DNA from: Bdellovibrionales bacterium
GTDB lineage: Bacteria > Bdellovibrionota > Bdellovibrionia > Bdellovibrionales > JAGQZY01
Direction: 5' to 3'
Assembly (NCBI GenBank): GCA_964230645.1
Contig: CAXRHT010000002.1
Location: 256,001-320,000 of the forward strand
DNA length: 64,000 bases
In this document: in pieces, positions 8,846 to 20,200 of the stretch
How positions within the stretch are numbered: the first letter of the stretch is position 1
How the letters are laid out: each line of letters opens with the position of its first letter
Made by a program: the position numbers and the translations under genes
Notes under the pieces: generated by a model
The model's database searches: none
Told to the model about the DNA's origin: nothing
What the model saw: only the letters and a program-made list of their open reading frames with translations

Positions 8846-9928
8846 ATGACGTCAACGGGACCAACACCGATCCAGCTGTTCAAAACCCCTGAGCCTAAAA
8901 ACGTTCCGGATGAATCCTCTCTCGGATTTGGTCAACACTTTACGGATCATATGTTGATGGCGAAATACGAAGTTCAAAAAGGCTGGCATGATATTCGAAT
9001 TTGTCCCTATGGACACTTTGATATTAGTCCAGCCTCGGCCGTCCTTCATTACAGTCAATGTTTGTTTGAGGGCTTAAAAGCTTACAATCTCGACAGCGGT
9101 GATATCGCTACTTTCAGGCCAGAGTTTAACTGGAAGCGTATGACAAATGGGAGTGAACGTCTTTGTATGCCCATGGTTTCAAAAGAGCTTTTCATTGATG
9201 GCATTCAGCAACTGGTACAAACCGACAAGCACTGGATTCCAAAATCGGACGATGGCTCCCTTTATATTCGTCCTACACTTATCGCCACAGAGTCCTTTCT
9301 AGGTATTAGACCATCAAAAGAGTTTATCTTTTTTATTATCATGTCTCCAGTGGGTGCTTATTACGGTAAAACCCTAAGTCCAGTGAAGATTTGGATTGAA
9401 ACTAAATATCTGAGAGCCGCTCCAGGGGGACTGGGAGACACTAAAGCAGGGGCCAATTACGCTGCCAGTATCAAAGCGGCGGAAGAGGCTAAAAAGAAAG
9501 GCTTTAACCAAGTGCTATGGCTTGATTATGAAAAAAAGAATATCGAAGAGGTGGGAACAATGAATGTTTTCTTTGTTCTGAACGATGAGATCGTAACCCC
9601 ACGCCTTAGTGGCTCTATTTTAGAAGGTAAAATCAGAAACTCGGCCATTACTTTGCTAAAAGATGAGGGCTATAAGGTTTCCGAGAGAACTCTCTCGCTA
9701 GAGGAAGTTAAAAAGGCCGCAGACTCTGGAGATCTTAAAGAGGTCTTTGGCACGGGAACAGCTGCGGTGATTAGTCCTGTGGGTGAATTTGGAAACGAAG
9801 ACCTCTCGATTTCAATTAATAATAACCAGGTTGGAGAAATCACTTCTTGGCTTCACAAAAAACTGACCAGTATCCAGTACGGACGTGTCAACGATCCTTA
9901 TGGGTGGGTGCATTCCCTTTCTAACTAA
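8846..9928 (+). CDS. ilvE: Branched-chain amino acid aminotransferase
   Basis: GFGQHFTDHM, FEGLKAY, LYIRP, KAGANYA, EEVGTMN and GTGTAAVISPV. Confidence 0.96.
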   Translation: MTSTGPTPIQLFKTPEPKNVPDESSLGFGQHFTDHMLMAKYEVQKGWHDIRICPYGHFDISPASAVLHYSQCLFEGLKAYNLDSGDIATFRPEFNWKRMTNGSERLCMPMVSKELFIDGIQQLVQTDKHWIPKSDDGSLYIRPTLIATESFLGIRPSKEFIFFIIMSPVGAYYGKTLSPVKIWIETKYLRAAPGGLGDTKAGANYAASIKAAEEAKKKGFNQVLWLDYEKKNIEEVGTMNVFFVLNDEIVTPRLSGSILEGKIRNSAITLLKDEGYKVSERTLSLEEVKKAADSGDLKEVFGTGTAAVISPVGEFGNEDLSISINNNQVGEITSWLHKKLTSIQYGRVNDPYGWVHSLSN

Positions 9929-9939
9929 ATAGGGGAGAG

Positions 9940-11091
9940 ATGAAAAAAAATATATTGATAATTGGAGTACGTCGCAAATGCTATCAGACCGCTCTTAATC
10001 TTGGTCACAATGTCTTTTTATGGAGTGATGAGGCTCTTTCTCAAAAAAGAAAAAAACATCTCAATGGATTCCTAGAGGTTCCCTATAAATCCTGCGCCTT
10101 TGAGCTCACCCAAGAAGTAAAAGATTTTTTAGACAACAATTCCATCAACATAGTTATCGCTTGCACCGAAAAAAGCGTTCAACTAGGGGCTCTTGCAAGA
10201 CAACACTTGGGCTTAAAAAGCCTTGGGCTTAATATTGTGGAGAGATTTCACAATAAATTCACCATGAAAAATACGGCCCATAAAGCCGGTATACCAATGA
10301 CCCCCTATCGTTTAATCGAGAAGACGACGACCCATGAGGAACTGATCGAAAAACTTAAATTACCCGTCGTGATAAAGCCGGTGGACTCCTCAGGAGCGCA
10401 AGACGTACGCATTGCTAAAGATACTGAAGAGGTCAAAGCTCTAATGAAGCCTGGGTGGCTCGCTGAAAGCTTTGTTGAAGGCTTTGAAGTGAGTGTTGAA
10501 TCTTTTGTGCAAGATGGAAAGGTTCTTTTTCACAATATGACTCATTATCTTCATCAATGGAAAAAGTCGGTGGCACCCGCTCATTTGGAAGAAGAAATAA
10601 AAAAAGAAGTCTTACGCCTTAATGATGCCGTTATCAAAGATTTTGGTCTCGACCGTGGAATGACTCACGCCGAGTTTTATATCACCCCTAAAGGCCCACT
10701 CTTTGGAGAAATTGCCGTTCGACCTCCCGGGGGTTATTATATGGAATTGATCCAAAGAGTTTATGGGTTTGATCCATGGAAAGCCTATATCAAGCTTTGC
10801 TGCAAAGAATCTGTCGACTTTCCTCAAAGCTCTCAAGGTCATGCAGCCGTCATGCTCCTTCATCCTGGTGTGGGTGAAATTGTCTCGGTCAGTGGTGAAA
10901 ACATACTAAAAGAAAAACTTTCTGAGATTGTCGACTTTAGTCTCCGCTGTGAGCCAGGAGATATTATCACCGAGCACATCAATACCAGCAATGAAGTGGG
11001 TCATATTATCTTTTGGGAAAAATCTTGGAACGATATTTTATCGGCCATTAAGGTGGTTGAAGACCATTTAGTTTTTGAAATGAAAAGCTAG
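9940..11091 (+). CDS. ATP-grasp domain protein (L-amino-acid ligase-like)
   Basis: NKFTMK, PVVIKPVDSSGA, ESFVEGFEVSVE, THAEF and EIAVRPPGG. Confidence 0.85.
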   Translation: MKKNILIIGVRRKCYQTALNLGHNVFLWSDEALSQKRKKHLNGFLEVPYKSCAFELTQEVKDFLDNNSINIVIACTEKSVQLGALARQHLGLKSLGLNIVERFHNKFTMKNTAHKAGIPMTPYRLIEKTTTHEELIEKLKLPVVIKPVDSSGAQDVRIAKDTEEVKALMKPGWLAESFVEGFEVSVESFVQDGKVLFHNMTHYLHQWKKSVAPAHLEEEIKKEVLRLNDAVIKDFGLDRGMTHAEFYITPKGPLFGEIAVRPPGGYYMELIQRVYGFDPWKAYIKLCCKESVDFPQSSQGHAAVMLLHPGVGEIVSVSGENILKEKLSEIVDFSLRCEPGDIITEHINTSNEVGHIIFWEKSWNDILSAIKVVEDHLVFEMKS

Positions 11092-11099
11092 TTTTTTTT

Positions 11100-11116
11100 G
11101 ATCTCATTTTGAGATC
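11100..11116. promoter_or_regulatory. TCTCA-N3-TGAGA palindrome (intergenic)
   Basis: GATCTCA-TTT-TGAGATC. The same core recurs at 22599-22613. Confidence 0.45.
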
Positions 11117-11280
11117 CCAAATAGAGAATCTCAACCCTTAAGGAACAAGGTTCCCCTTATACTTTTCTAGTTACCTTATTTTTCTGAAAAATGGCCGATC
11201 GTTTTTCAATTTCCTTAATCTTCGGCTATAATAGGGACTCGGGTCTTTGACTCTTTGTGGGAAAGTTCGAAGGGGGAACT

Positions 11281-12558
11281 TTGCATCTGGTACGCCGTCT
11301 ATTAGTTTTTTTCAGTTTTGTCCTCATTTTAGGTTACTCCTTTCAAAATTGTTCGCAATATCAAGGAGATTCTCAGGTGGACGCTCCCTCCGAGGCCGAT
11401 CCTATTTCTGCTGAAGGCCAACATACCATCCACTTTTCCGGTGAATTTGCCATACTCTCAACACTTGGAAAAAACCTCTATTCAGAAGAGGTGACAGGCT
11501 TAAAGCTTGAGGCCCTAAGGCCTGAGCCAATGGAGGTTGAATATGTTGAGTGGTTTCAAAAAAGCACCCAAGGAGAAGAAACTAAGCTCACTGAGACTGA
11601 CGGATTAGAGTTTGAGTGGAAAGCCCCCGGACAGGGAATCTACGAAATCTATGCCGTTGTTCATAGCCTAGAAACGGCAAAAACCTCGGATCCCTTGTTA
11701 ATAACTGTGGCCAGTGGAATTCGTGATGGCCGCAAGCCCGCCTTCATAATGGTTCCAAACGATACTGTTGTTTTGCAGGAAGATAGACTCAATTTAGAAG
11801 TTCAAGCTGACGGGAACCCCTCCCCCCGTTATCAGTGGTTTAAAGACGGTGAGAGCTTAGCAAATGCCTTTTCCAGCCTTAACATTAGAAACTTTAACAG
11901 AGAAGACGAGGGTTTATACAAAGTCATCGCCTCGAACTCCGAAGGGTCCACGGAGAGTCGACTTATTCGCCTTAGAATGGCAGAGCCTTTAGTGATCTCG
12001 GCTCAACCTGACGGCAGGACCGTTCCTAGTGGTCAATCCACAAGATTTAACGTTGAGGTGAGCGGTGGCGAAGCTCCACTAAGCTATGAATGGCGAAAAA
12101 ATGGAGAAAAGATTGGGGCGAATAAAAGCTACACAATTGATAATCCCAAAGAGGCTCACGAGGGCAATTACCGAGTGCTAATTAAAGACTCTCTTGGACA
12201 AAAGGTCTTAAGTGAGGTCGCTGCACTTACGGTCAATACACCTTACCAGGTCGAAGAGTGTAACAATCTCGGAGCTTCACGCAATAAACCCAACTTTAAT
12301 GATGGCTATGTAAAATTTTGGAGCCCCAACGACAGAACAGCCAAAAAAATCTGTCAGGCCAGGGGCTATAAGATCATGAAAAGTTACAGTCAAAACATAC
12401 CGGATCAAAAGGGTTGGGCGCCATACCGCAATTTGAGAATTTATAGTTGGGAGGGAGAGTGGAAGATTCTCTGCCAACATGGCGCTAACTGTTTCACTAA
12501 AAAGACTCCATTTATCATTCAACTTAAGTGCTGCAACAAGGTTGATAAGGTGAAGTAG
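11281..12558 (+). CDS. Lipoprotein with three Ig-like domains and a Cys-rich C-terminal domain
   Basis: FQNC lipobox-like motif, Ig signatures (PSPRYQWFKDG, DEGLYKVIASN, LSYEWRKNG), C-terminal Cys-rich region. TTG 11281 follows AGGGGG; GTG 11257 is an alternative start. Confidence 0.8.
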   Translation: MHLVRRLLVFFSFVLILGYSFQNCSQYQGDSQVDAPSEADPISAEGQHTIHFSGEFAILSTLGKNLYSEEVTGLKLEALRPEPMEVEYVEWFQKSTQGEETKLTETDGLEFEWKAPGQGIYEIYAVVHSLETAKTSDPLLITVASGIRDGRKPAFIMVPNDTVVLQEDRLNLEVQADGNPSPRYQWFKDGESLANAFSSLNIRNFNREDEGLYKVIASNSEGSTESRLIRLRMAEPLVISAQPDGRTVPSGQSTRFNVEVSGGEAPLSYEWRKNGEKIGANKSYTIDNPKEAHEGNYRVLIKDSLGQKVLSEVAALTVNTPYQVEECNNLGASRNKPNFNDGYVKFWSPNDRTAKKICQARGYKIMKSYSQNIPDQKGWAPYRNLRIYSWEGEWKILCQHGANCFTKKTPFIIQLKCCNKVDKVK

Positions 12559-12683
12559 AACTATAATTATGTTGCCACCCGAGTCACAAGCCCTGCAACC
12601 ACATCGGGAGCCTCAGCTGGCTCAGATCGAAGATTTTGCGCCTGGGTGGATTGATGAGATAAAAAAACACTTATTAAAGAATC

Positions 12684-12953
12684 TCATTGGTTAATCTCAG
12701 AGATCGGACTTTTTCTCACACCTTTTTGTCTTAACTTCCAAAAGAGAAAAACTAAAAGGTTTATCAGAGGTAAAGCCAATAATGAGAGTATCATAAAGCC
12801 CATTACAGGCATCATCCAGCTATCTGCCATAGGATTTGTAGAAGGAGAATCCATTGCTATTTCGATCATTTTGAAAAAAACGAAATTCAATAGTAGCCAT
12901 AGAAAAGAGTTCGCTATAACAAGGATGATTATTTTCTTAAGAATTTTTCTCAT
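12684..12953 (-). CDS. Small two-TM hypothetical membrane protein
   Basis: 89-aa ORF with two hydrophobic helices. Confidence 0.55.
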   Translation of the reverse strand: MRKILKKIIILVIANSFLWLLLNFVFFKMIEIAMDSPSTNPMADSWMMPVMGFMILSLLALPLINLLVFLFWKLRQKGVRKSPISEINQ

Positions 12954-13116
12954 TTTTCGATTCCATTTTTTTAAGTCTAAGAGTGAGTGAGAGTTTAAAA
13001 CGCTGATCTAAATTATTTAGTGGGCATTAGACTGAGCGGAATCGAATGCAGACTAGGCAGTGGATGGGATGATAAATAATAGTTAATAATAGTCGTCCTG
13101 GGTATAGATTAACAAT

Positions 13117-13212
13117 TGTCGTCCTGAGCGTAGCGAAGGATCTTGCGCCGTGGGCTACGATCAACAATGTAAACTCAGTGGGGGTAGATTCTTCGCTATG
13201 CTCAGAATGACA
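13117..13212. repeat. 96-bp REP/REPIN-like palindromic element
   Basis: 27-bp imperfect inverted arms TGTCGTCCTGAGCGTAGCGAAGGATCT / AGATTCTTCGCTATGCTCAGAATGACA with a 42-bp spacer. Inverted homolog of 51946-52041. Confidence 0.85.
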
Positions 13213-13474
13213 GTGTGACGCTTAAAGTGACAATGTGAGGTTGAGAAATTCCGAATATTCACTTTGCTGATAATTTATCTTATGTTACATCGATAGTGTA
13301 TCATACTGAAATCACTAAGATAGTCAAAACTTCACTTTTCCACCCTCAACCTCATTTAGCGGGAAAAAAATACAGATATGAACACCATATGGACAGGCCC
13401 TTTTTAATTTTCTTGAGTCCAAACTCAATATATAGATCCTAGAGTCTATTTCCAAAGGGCACTTAATTTGCACA

Positions 13475-14251
13475 ATGTATAAACTTATCATGTTCAAATT
13501 CCAAAGTCGTCTTTTGTGCCTTGTGGTTCTTATAGTTTGCTCTAGTTTTTCGGCACATGCGCAGTTGCTGTGTCAGCGCGTTTTTTACTCTCGCCCCAAA
13601 CTAAGTTTGTCAGGAAGAACAACCCCTGTGGTATCAGAGCAAACCTTAGCAGACAGGGATCGAAGGCAGCGGCAAGAGAGACTTCGTAATGACTCAACCC
13701 AGGTCTCAAGAGATCCCGAGCTTTTAAAAAGCTTAATTAAGAACAGAAAATACCACTCACTCAGCCGTTTGGACAGTCATGGCAAGAAAATCAGCTGGTT
13801 TCTCTCTCTAAGTGATAATGGACGATTCTATCGAATGGTGGTTCGTTACGATAGCTCTGGCCAAGCCATAGATATGTTTGCCGATGAACCCACTAGCCAG
13901 GTAGAAAAAGCCTATTTTCATAGTATTGTTCAGACCTATAATGTTGAAGCCATAAGTGCTGAAATCAACCTGCCTCGGCGAGGTAAAAGGGAACTTGTTA
14001 TTCACCCCACAATCCTAGTCAAATTGGATGTAAAACACGATATTACCGCGGATATGCTGATCAAAGCTCTTCGACAAATTCCAAGACATATCAAATATCG
14101 CCCCAATATTGATCCAAGATTTGCTGGTAAGGATTCCTTTCTCATATTTTTAGACATGGGCTTCCGAACCCCTCTGGAAGTCGTGATGGTTCATGAGGAT
14201 GACGCTTATTATATCGTGACCGCTTTTTTCCCGGATTCCTATCGCTACTAG
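13475..14251 (+). CDS. Secreted protein with CxxVF motif and C-terminal RelE/BrnT-like domain (putative)
   Basis: Signal peptide (AHA-Q), CQRVF, C-terminal KLDVKHDI...YYIVTAF pattern. Confidence 0.6.
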   Translation: MYKLIMFKFQSRLLCLVVLIVCSSFSAHAQLLCQRVFYSRPKLSLSGRTTPVVSEQTLADRDRRQRQERLRNDSTQVSRDPELLKSLIKNRKYHSLSRLDSHGKKISWFLSLSDNGRFYRMVVRYDSSGQAIDMFADEPTSQVEKAYFHSIVQTYNVEAISAEINLPRRGKRELVIHPTILVKLDVKHDITADMLIKALRQIPRHIKYRPNIDPRFAGKDSFLIFLDMGFRTPLEVVMVHEDDAYYIVTAFFPDSYRY

Positions 14252-14253
14252 TA

Positions 14254-17200
14254 TTAATTACTACAACACCACACCGGTAAAGAGTTACAAGGTAAAAGAC
14301 CATCATTAGTGGTACCCGTTTCATACACATTGTATCCCGAGTTTTTATAACCACCGATATCAGCCACCCATCCACGGTGTTGATTGGATGTATAATCGAC
14401 AAAATTCCCCATGCAGTTTATGGCATCATCGCCAGCATCTGGACGAGAGGTGTTACAAGAACCCGTTCCTCGTTCAGCCGCAGTACACACCCAGGTTCCT
14501 TGTGGGCAAGCCGCTTGAGCGCCGTACCAGGCCGCAGTAGTATAGCTTAAACCAAAATTAACACTGCCATTACTACAAAGCCCTGCTTCCACTCCTGATG
14601 TTCCATATCTTTGGGTTCCAGGTCTCCCCTCTCCCCAGAGTCGATTGTCGCCGGCACTATCCACTGAGCGTACCTCACCAACAACTTCAAGCTTTGCTTC
14701 GGGATCGGCAGTACCTATACCTACATCTCCGACTCTTGTAATCGTCATTTGTTCATCATAGTAGTCGCTACCAAAAGGATTAACCATTCCCTGTCCTAGT
14801 ACAATTCGATCGGCCCCTCCGTTATCAGAAACAATTCCTAAAAATCCGGTAGAGATTTCTTGATAAACGTTGGTGGCTTCAAATTTTAAAAAGGAAGCCG
14901 TATTATCAGCCTCCTCAGTGTTGGTAATTTTTAAAGAAGGACCACCTGGTGCAGATAAGGAACTTGAAGAGGACGAATAGGAGGTCGAATCTTGCTCAGA
15001 AGCCTGCATAAGCGCTGTCGGTGCTGTTGTTCCAATACCAACATTGCCCGTATTATCAATTCTAACTTTCTCACTCCCATTGGTGGAAAAACCAATGTTG
15101 TCAGCCGCTGGATTGAACAATCCCGTATTAGAGTCCGCAGAAAAGCTCATGGCCGGGGTTGAAGCTCCAGAATTACTTAGAAGTAACTCCGCACCAGCGT
15201 TTAGGGCGAAGTTTTGGTACGAAGTCGTTACAGAAGCCCCTCCGTCGATATTTAAAAAAGAGTTGAATCCCGAACAATCCGAATTCGCACAGTAACCAAA
15301 TGAAAAAAGTTCCAAACCACTGCTGGTTCTCATTGCGTAAGCATTAGAGAGATCATTGGGAGTCGTGTCATGGGCGATTATACCACTCGTGTCGGTGAGA
15401 ACCATTCTTCCTTCATTAGTAATAAATAGCGCATCTATTTCACTACCATCAGCGGAATCTAAAGAGTGACCGTCGCCACCCGAGGCTCCCCCACCAGCTT
15501 CCACCCATGCACTGCCATCATAAAATTTTAACTTATTAGAATCACCACTATCGACGGCAATGTCACCGGCTACAGGCGAGCCTGGTAGAGTCGAAGCCGT
15601 TAAGCGCATTGGCCCATTTATGTGTAACTTTCGTGCTGGAGCACTTGTGCCAATTCCAAGATTACCTGTGGGATCAATTCTTAAGGTCTCCGTCCCCCCA
15701 TTGGTAAAACCAATTGAGTTGGCTGCGGGTCGGAAAACTCCAGTGTCATCGTCATCTCGAAAAGAGTAGCTCGGATTTGTAACTCCCCCTCCCCAAAGAT
15801 TGATAAAAAACGAGCCACTTTGCCAACCGTAGAGACTTCCAGAATCGATCGTCATACGCTCGTTCCCACCGAGACTAAATGCCATGGCATCACCATAAGG
15901 ACTAAAAATTCCAGTATTGGTATCCCCATCAAAGGAAAACCCCGGAGTTGAACTGGCTCCCACATTGGCTAAAATCGTATCTCCGTCTGTGTAGCCAGCA
16001 CCTCCTGCGGCACCTGTGTCCACCCAACTAGATCCGTCAAAAAATTTTAATTTATTAGAGTCTCCGCTATCGATAGCTATATCACCAGCCGCAGGAGCCC
16101 CTGGAAGAGCCCCTGGATTCAAGCGAGCAGGGCCATCAACATGTAGCTTACGTGCTGGAGTCGTTGTCCCTATCCCTATATTTCCAGTTGAGTCGATGAC
16201 CAGTCGATCTTCTCCAGCAGTAGTAAAGCTCATTAGGTCAGCCCCGAGTCTATAAATTCCGGTGTCCACATCGGATGAAAATGAGAAGGAAGGTGTGGTT
16301 TTACTGGGAACTGAAGTAGACAAAAACCAAGATCCCACAGTGGGAGATTGAATGGCCTCTGGACTTACTATCATTCGCTGTTGTCCACCGGCATATAATC
16401 TAAACTGATTGGCCGAACCACTTCTAAAAATTCCTGTGTCCTCATCACCCGCAAAGTTGAGAGCATAGGATGAGCCCCTTAGGGTTAAAGCTCCGGTCAT
16501 ATCAACCGATCCATCAGCGAGGAAATCTCCACTTCCTCCTACAGGATCGACCCATGATAACGCTCCTGAACCGTCTGTTTGTAAAACTTGATTCGCATCC
16601 CCGTCATCTACTGGAAGTGTTAGAGTGTAGTTATTGGCTAAAGAAGCCGGCGCAATTATTTCTACATCGTTTAGTCCATTATCAGAGTCTTCTGACAGCC
16701 GAATGGCTCCAGCCGTTGAGGCGTTACCTCTAACTCTTAAAGTGCGATTAACGGACGAACTCGTTGAACCAAACGTAGCGAAAATCCCCCCTACATCACC
16801 CATTTCAATCTCTTGATTGGTCGGCTCCGTGGTTCCAGTCCCTGCAATCACTAAACTTGATGAAGAGGTTCCAGGTAAGAGACCGCCTGGGGAGTCTTCT
16901 ACTTGGATGATCCAACCGTCAGTGGTGTTATCAAGTTTGATTCCTGGATTTTCATCAGATTGAAGTTGTAAAACGGCGTGATTGCCGGCACCCGTAGCGT
17001 TCACTGTGAGGAGTTCTGAAGGGGCCGTTGATCCAATACCCACTCTTCCATTGGCATCAAGCCGAAGGCGTTCAGTTCCACCTAAAGAAAAACCGATTTG
17101 ATTCGAAGCTGGACGAAAAATTCCGGTATCAGAATCAGCCCAGAAAGAAAAGGCTGGGGTACTGGCATCAAGACCATCTCGAGTCATGAATCCGGTTCCG

Positions 17201-20200
17201 GCAAAAGTACCTGCCACAAATCCTGAAGGCGCAAACTGAAAACGTAAACTTCCTCCCAAGGAAAGGCCTAATTCATTCGCTCCGATACGATAAAATCCAG
17301 AGTCTTGATCTGCTGCAAAAGAAATGCTAGGTGCTGAGGCATTTCCAGAGGCGGCATCAAATTGCCCAGTCATTGCCACAGAACCATCGGCCAAAAAATC
17401 TCCTGAGCTGCCACCAATTCCACTAGATAAATCTAGACAATTAGTATTGTTCTCATCGCAAATTTCGGCTGCATTAATACTTCCAGTATGAACGTCTAAG
17501 GCAACAGCGGGAGCAGTGGTGCCAATACCGACATTTCCTGTTCCTGTTACGATCGCAGGACCTGAATTTGAAGTGAAATATCCAGCCACGCTGGTATCAC
17601 TTTGAGCACGGATAGCATAACTATCTAAAGAAAGGGCATCCACTCCGTACCCAGTATCCGATTCACCATAAACTCCCGTCGACGCACTCGAATATCCATA
17701 AACACCGATCACAGGTGAAGAGCCGTGAATCGCAATCCCATTTGTGGAGGACGCGTTTAGACCATAGTCAAAACCGGTGGAAGAAATATTAAGCTCTTCA
17801 CTGGCTGAATCCCATGACAAACCTGAAGTTGCGGCAAATGAGCCTGCATTATTGAACTGTAATTGTCCTGTACTACCAGCCGGAGTTCCTCCTCCTGCCG
17901 ATCCACCGGCTTCCACCCAACTAGAGCCGTCGTAAAATTTTAATTTGTTAGAGTCAGCGCTATCAAAATACAAATCCCCTGCGCTAGGAGAGCTTGGGAC
18001 TGCCTGTGGTGTCAGCCTCATGGCTCCATTAACATGCAACAGTCGCTCTGGTGCCGTTGTTCCAATTCCCACATTCTGTGTGGTGCTTTGAATCCTCATT
18101 GATTCATTGCCATCGTTGCTGAAAGTGATATCTTCACCAGCGAATGCACCAATATCAAATATCCCTGTGGCTTCGTTGAGAGTCAATACACCAGCACCGG
18201 CTCCATCTTGCAACATCAGTGTTGCAAAACCACCGGAATTATCAACCGTAACCACTGTTGAATCATTTGATTCTAGTCTTAATATATTGTTATTGGAACC
18301 AAGAGTTACGATACCGTCGTTTCCACCATTATTAATGTCCCCACCACCACCACTGATACCAGAGGAAAGATCTAAACAATTCGCATTATTTTCATCACAA
18401 ATTTCAGCTGCGTTAATGCTCCCTGTATTTACATCAAGTGCTACAACAGGAGATGAGGTCCCTACACCAACAAATCCGCCCGAATTCAAACGAAGCCTCT
18501 CAGAGCCATCAATTTGAAAGATAATATCGCTACCAGGGTTTGTATTATTGTCATCAGCCTGTAGTATAATTGATCCAGAGTTATCGGAAACGATCAATCC
18601 ATAGGCCCCAGTGTCTGAATCTTGAAGTCTAATTCCTGGAACCGCGCTATTTATATGCAAATTGTGAAGAGGATTAGTGGTTCCGATTCCAATAAGTCCT
18701 CCACTATTAATTGTCATTCTCGTCGTGTCGTTAGTCTCAAACCTTAAATCAAAGGCGTCGTTGGTACCAGTGGTTAGGTTCGCCCCCAGAGTATTTCCTC
18801 CATTAACTAAATAACCATCATCAGCAATAATCGCCTCTACTTCGGCACTTGATAGGACGAAATTACTTCGAGTCATTTTTCTCAAACCACCAGCAGAAAC
18901 ATCATGAATTAAAATTTCATCACCACTGGCTACAATGGCTTCACTTGTTTCATTGGTAATATCAACATTGACACCACTTCCATCCACTGAGATTCCTGAA
19001 CCTCCAGCGACTTCGATATCGTCGGCATTAACATTGATTCCATTACCCGCTCCGATAGCAAGAGTTAGATTGGTGGAAAGGTTGCCACCACCTGTTAGTC
19101 CCGCGCCAGAAATGATTTGTGTCGAGGTAGCTACTTTGTCACTATTAAGTTCAGCGATTGCTGCCTGTAAAGTCGTTGCCGTTAAGGGTGTAGTTCCAAC
19201 AGGAATGGCAGTGGGATCAAACTGGGCTTCATCCACTGTTAAAGTGACGACATCAGCAACTGTCGAAACTCCAATTTTAGTATTCGCAGACGCTAAACTT
19301 CTAAACTCAAAGTCCACTCCACTTTTTTGTTTGAAAATAGGTGAGCCCGCACCAACAGTAGAAGCCGTGTTAGCCTCTCCACCCGAAGCTGTGCCAAAAG
19401 CCTCCCAATTACTGCCATCACAAAAAGAAACAGATCCACCGACATATTTTAATGTTCCGGCTTTGGTGCCATCACAAGCATCAAGGTCGTCACCAATTTG
19501 TACGCCACCTGAAACCTGCAGTAACGAAGAAGGCTGAATTGTTCCAATACCAACGTTGCCATCAGAAGTGATCCTCATTCTCTCGTCGTAACCTCCGGAG
19601 CCGTTGTTTAGGAAGAGCAGGTCACCGTAACCATTTGTGGAGTCTGTTATTTTTGTTCCAATTACTCCGATTGAATCAGAAACAGAGTTACCCATCGATA
19701 CGGAAACCATCCGTCCAATGGCTCCTCCCTCTGCCGCATCATTCTGAATAAGAAGTCCGGCGTGGTTACCAAGTGTATTTGCATTGTTTCGTCCACGAAT
19801 GACGGCTCCCCAGTTCTTAGTTGTGTTAAAAGCTTTTAAGGGTACGGAGTCATCTGTTGTCTGAATGTCGAGACGATTTGAAGGGCTTGTTGTTCCGATA
19901 CCTACATTTCCTGCATAGTCGATTCGCATGGCCTCAGCCATGGGGTTAGTCCCAGTTGTTGAGGGATGAGTAAAGAATGCAATTCCTAACCTGTCAGAAC
20001 CTGACCCCTCCTGGACTGAAGAGATTGCAGCTCTTCTTTCAGTACTATCACTTTTACTCCAGGCAATCGCTGATCCATGTGAGGAAGCGCCTATCCCTCT
20101 ATTGTCCAAAAGAAAACCTGTTCCAGTCTGACTGGCCCCAGCAGAGGCGTCAAAACTTTCTCCAGCAGTCAAATGAAAAGGTGCCAACGGTGTTGATGTT

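Noticed and set aside
14254..14600. Fibre tip as a diversity-generating retroelement target
   Set aside because: The lectin-like C-terminus is suggestive, but I saw no template repeat or reverse transcriptase in the window. A remote DGR cannot be excluded.
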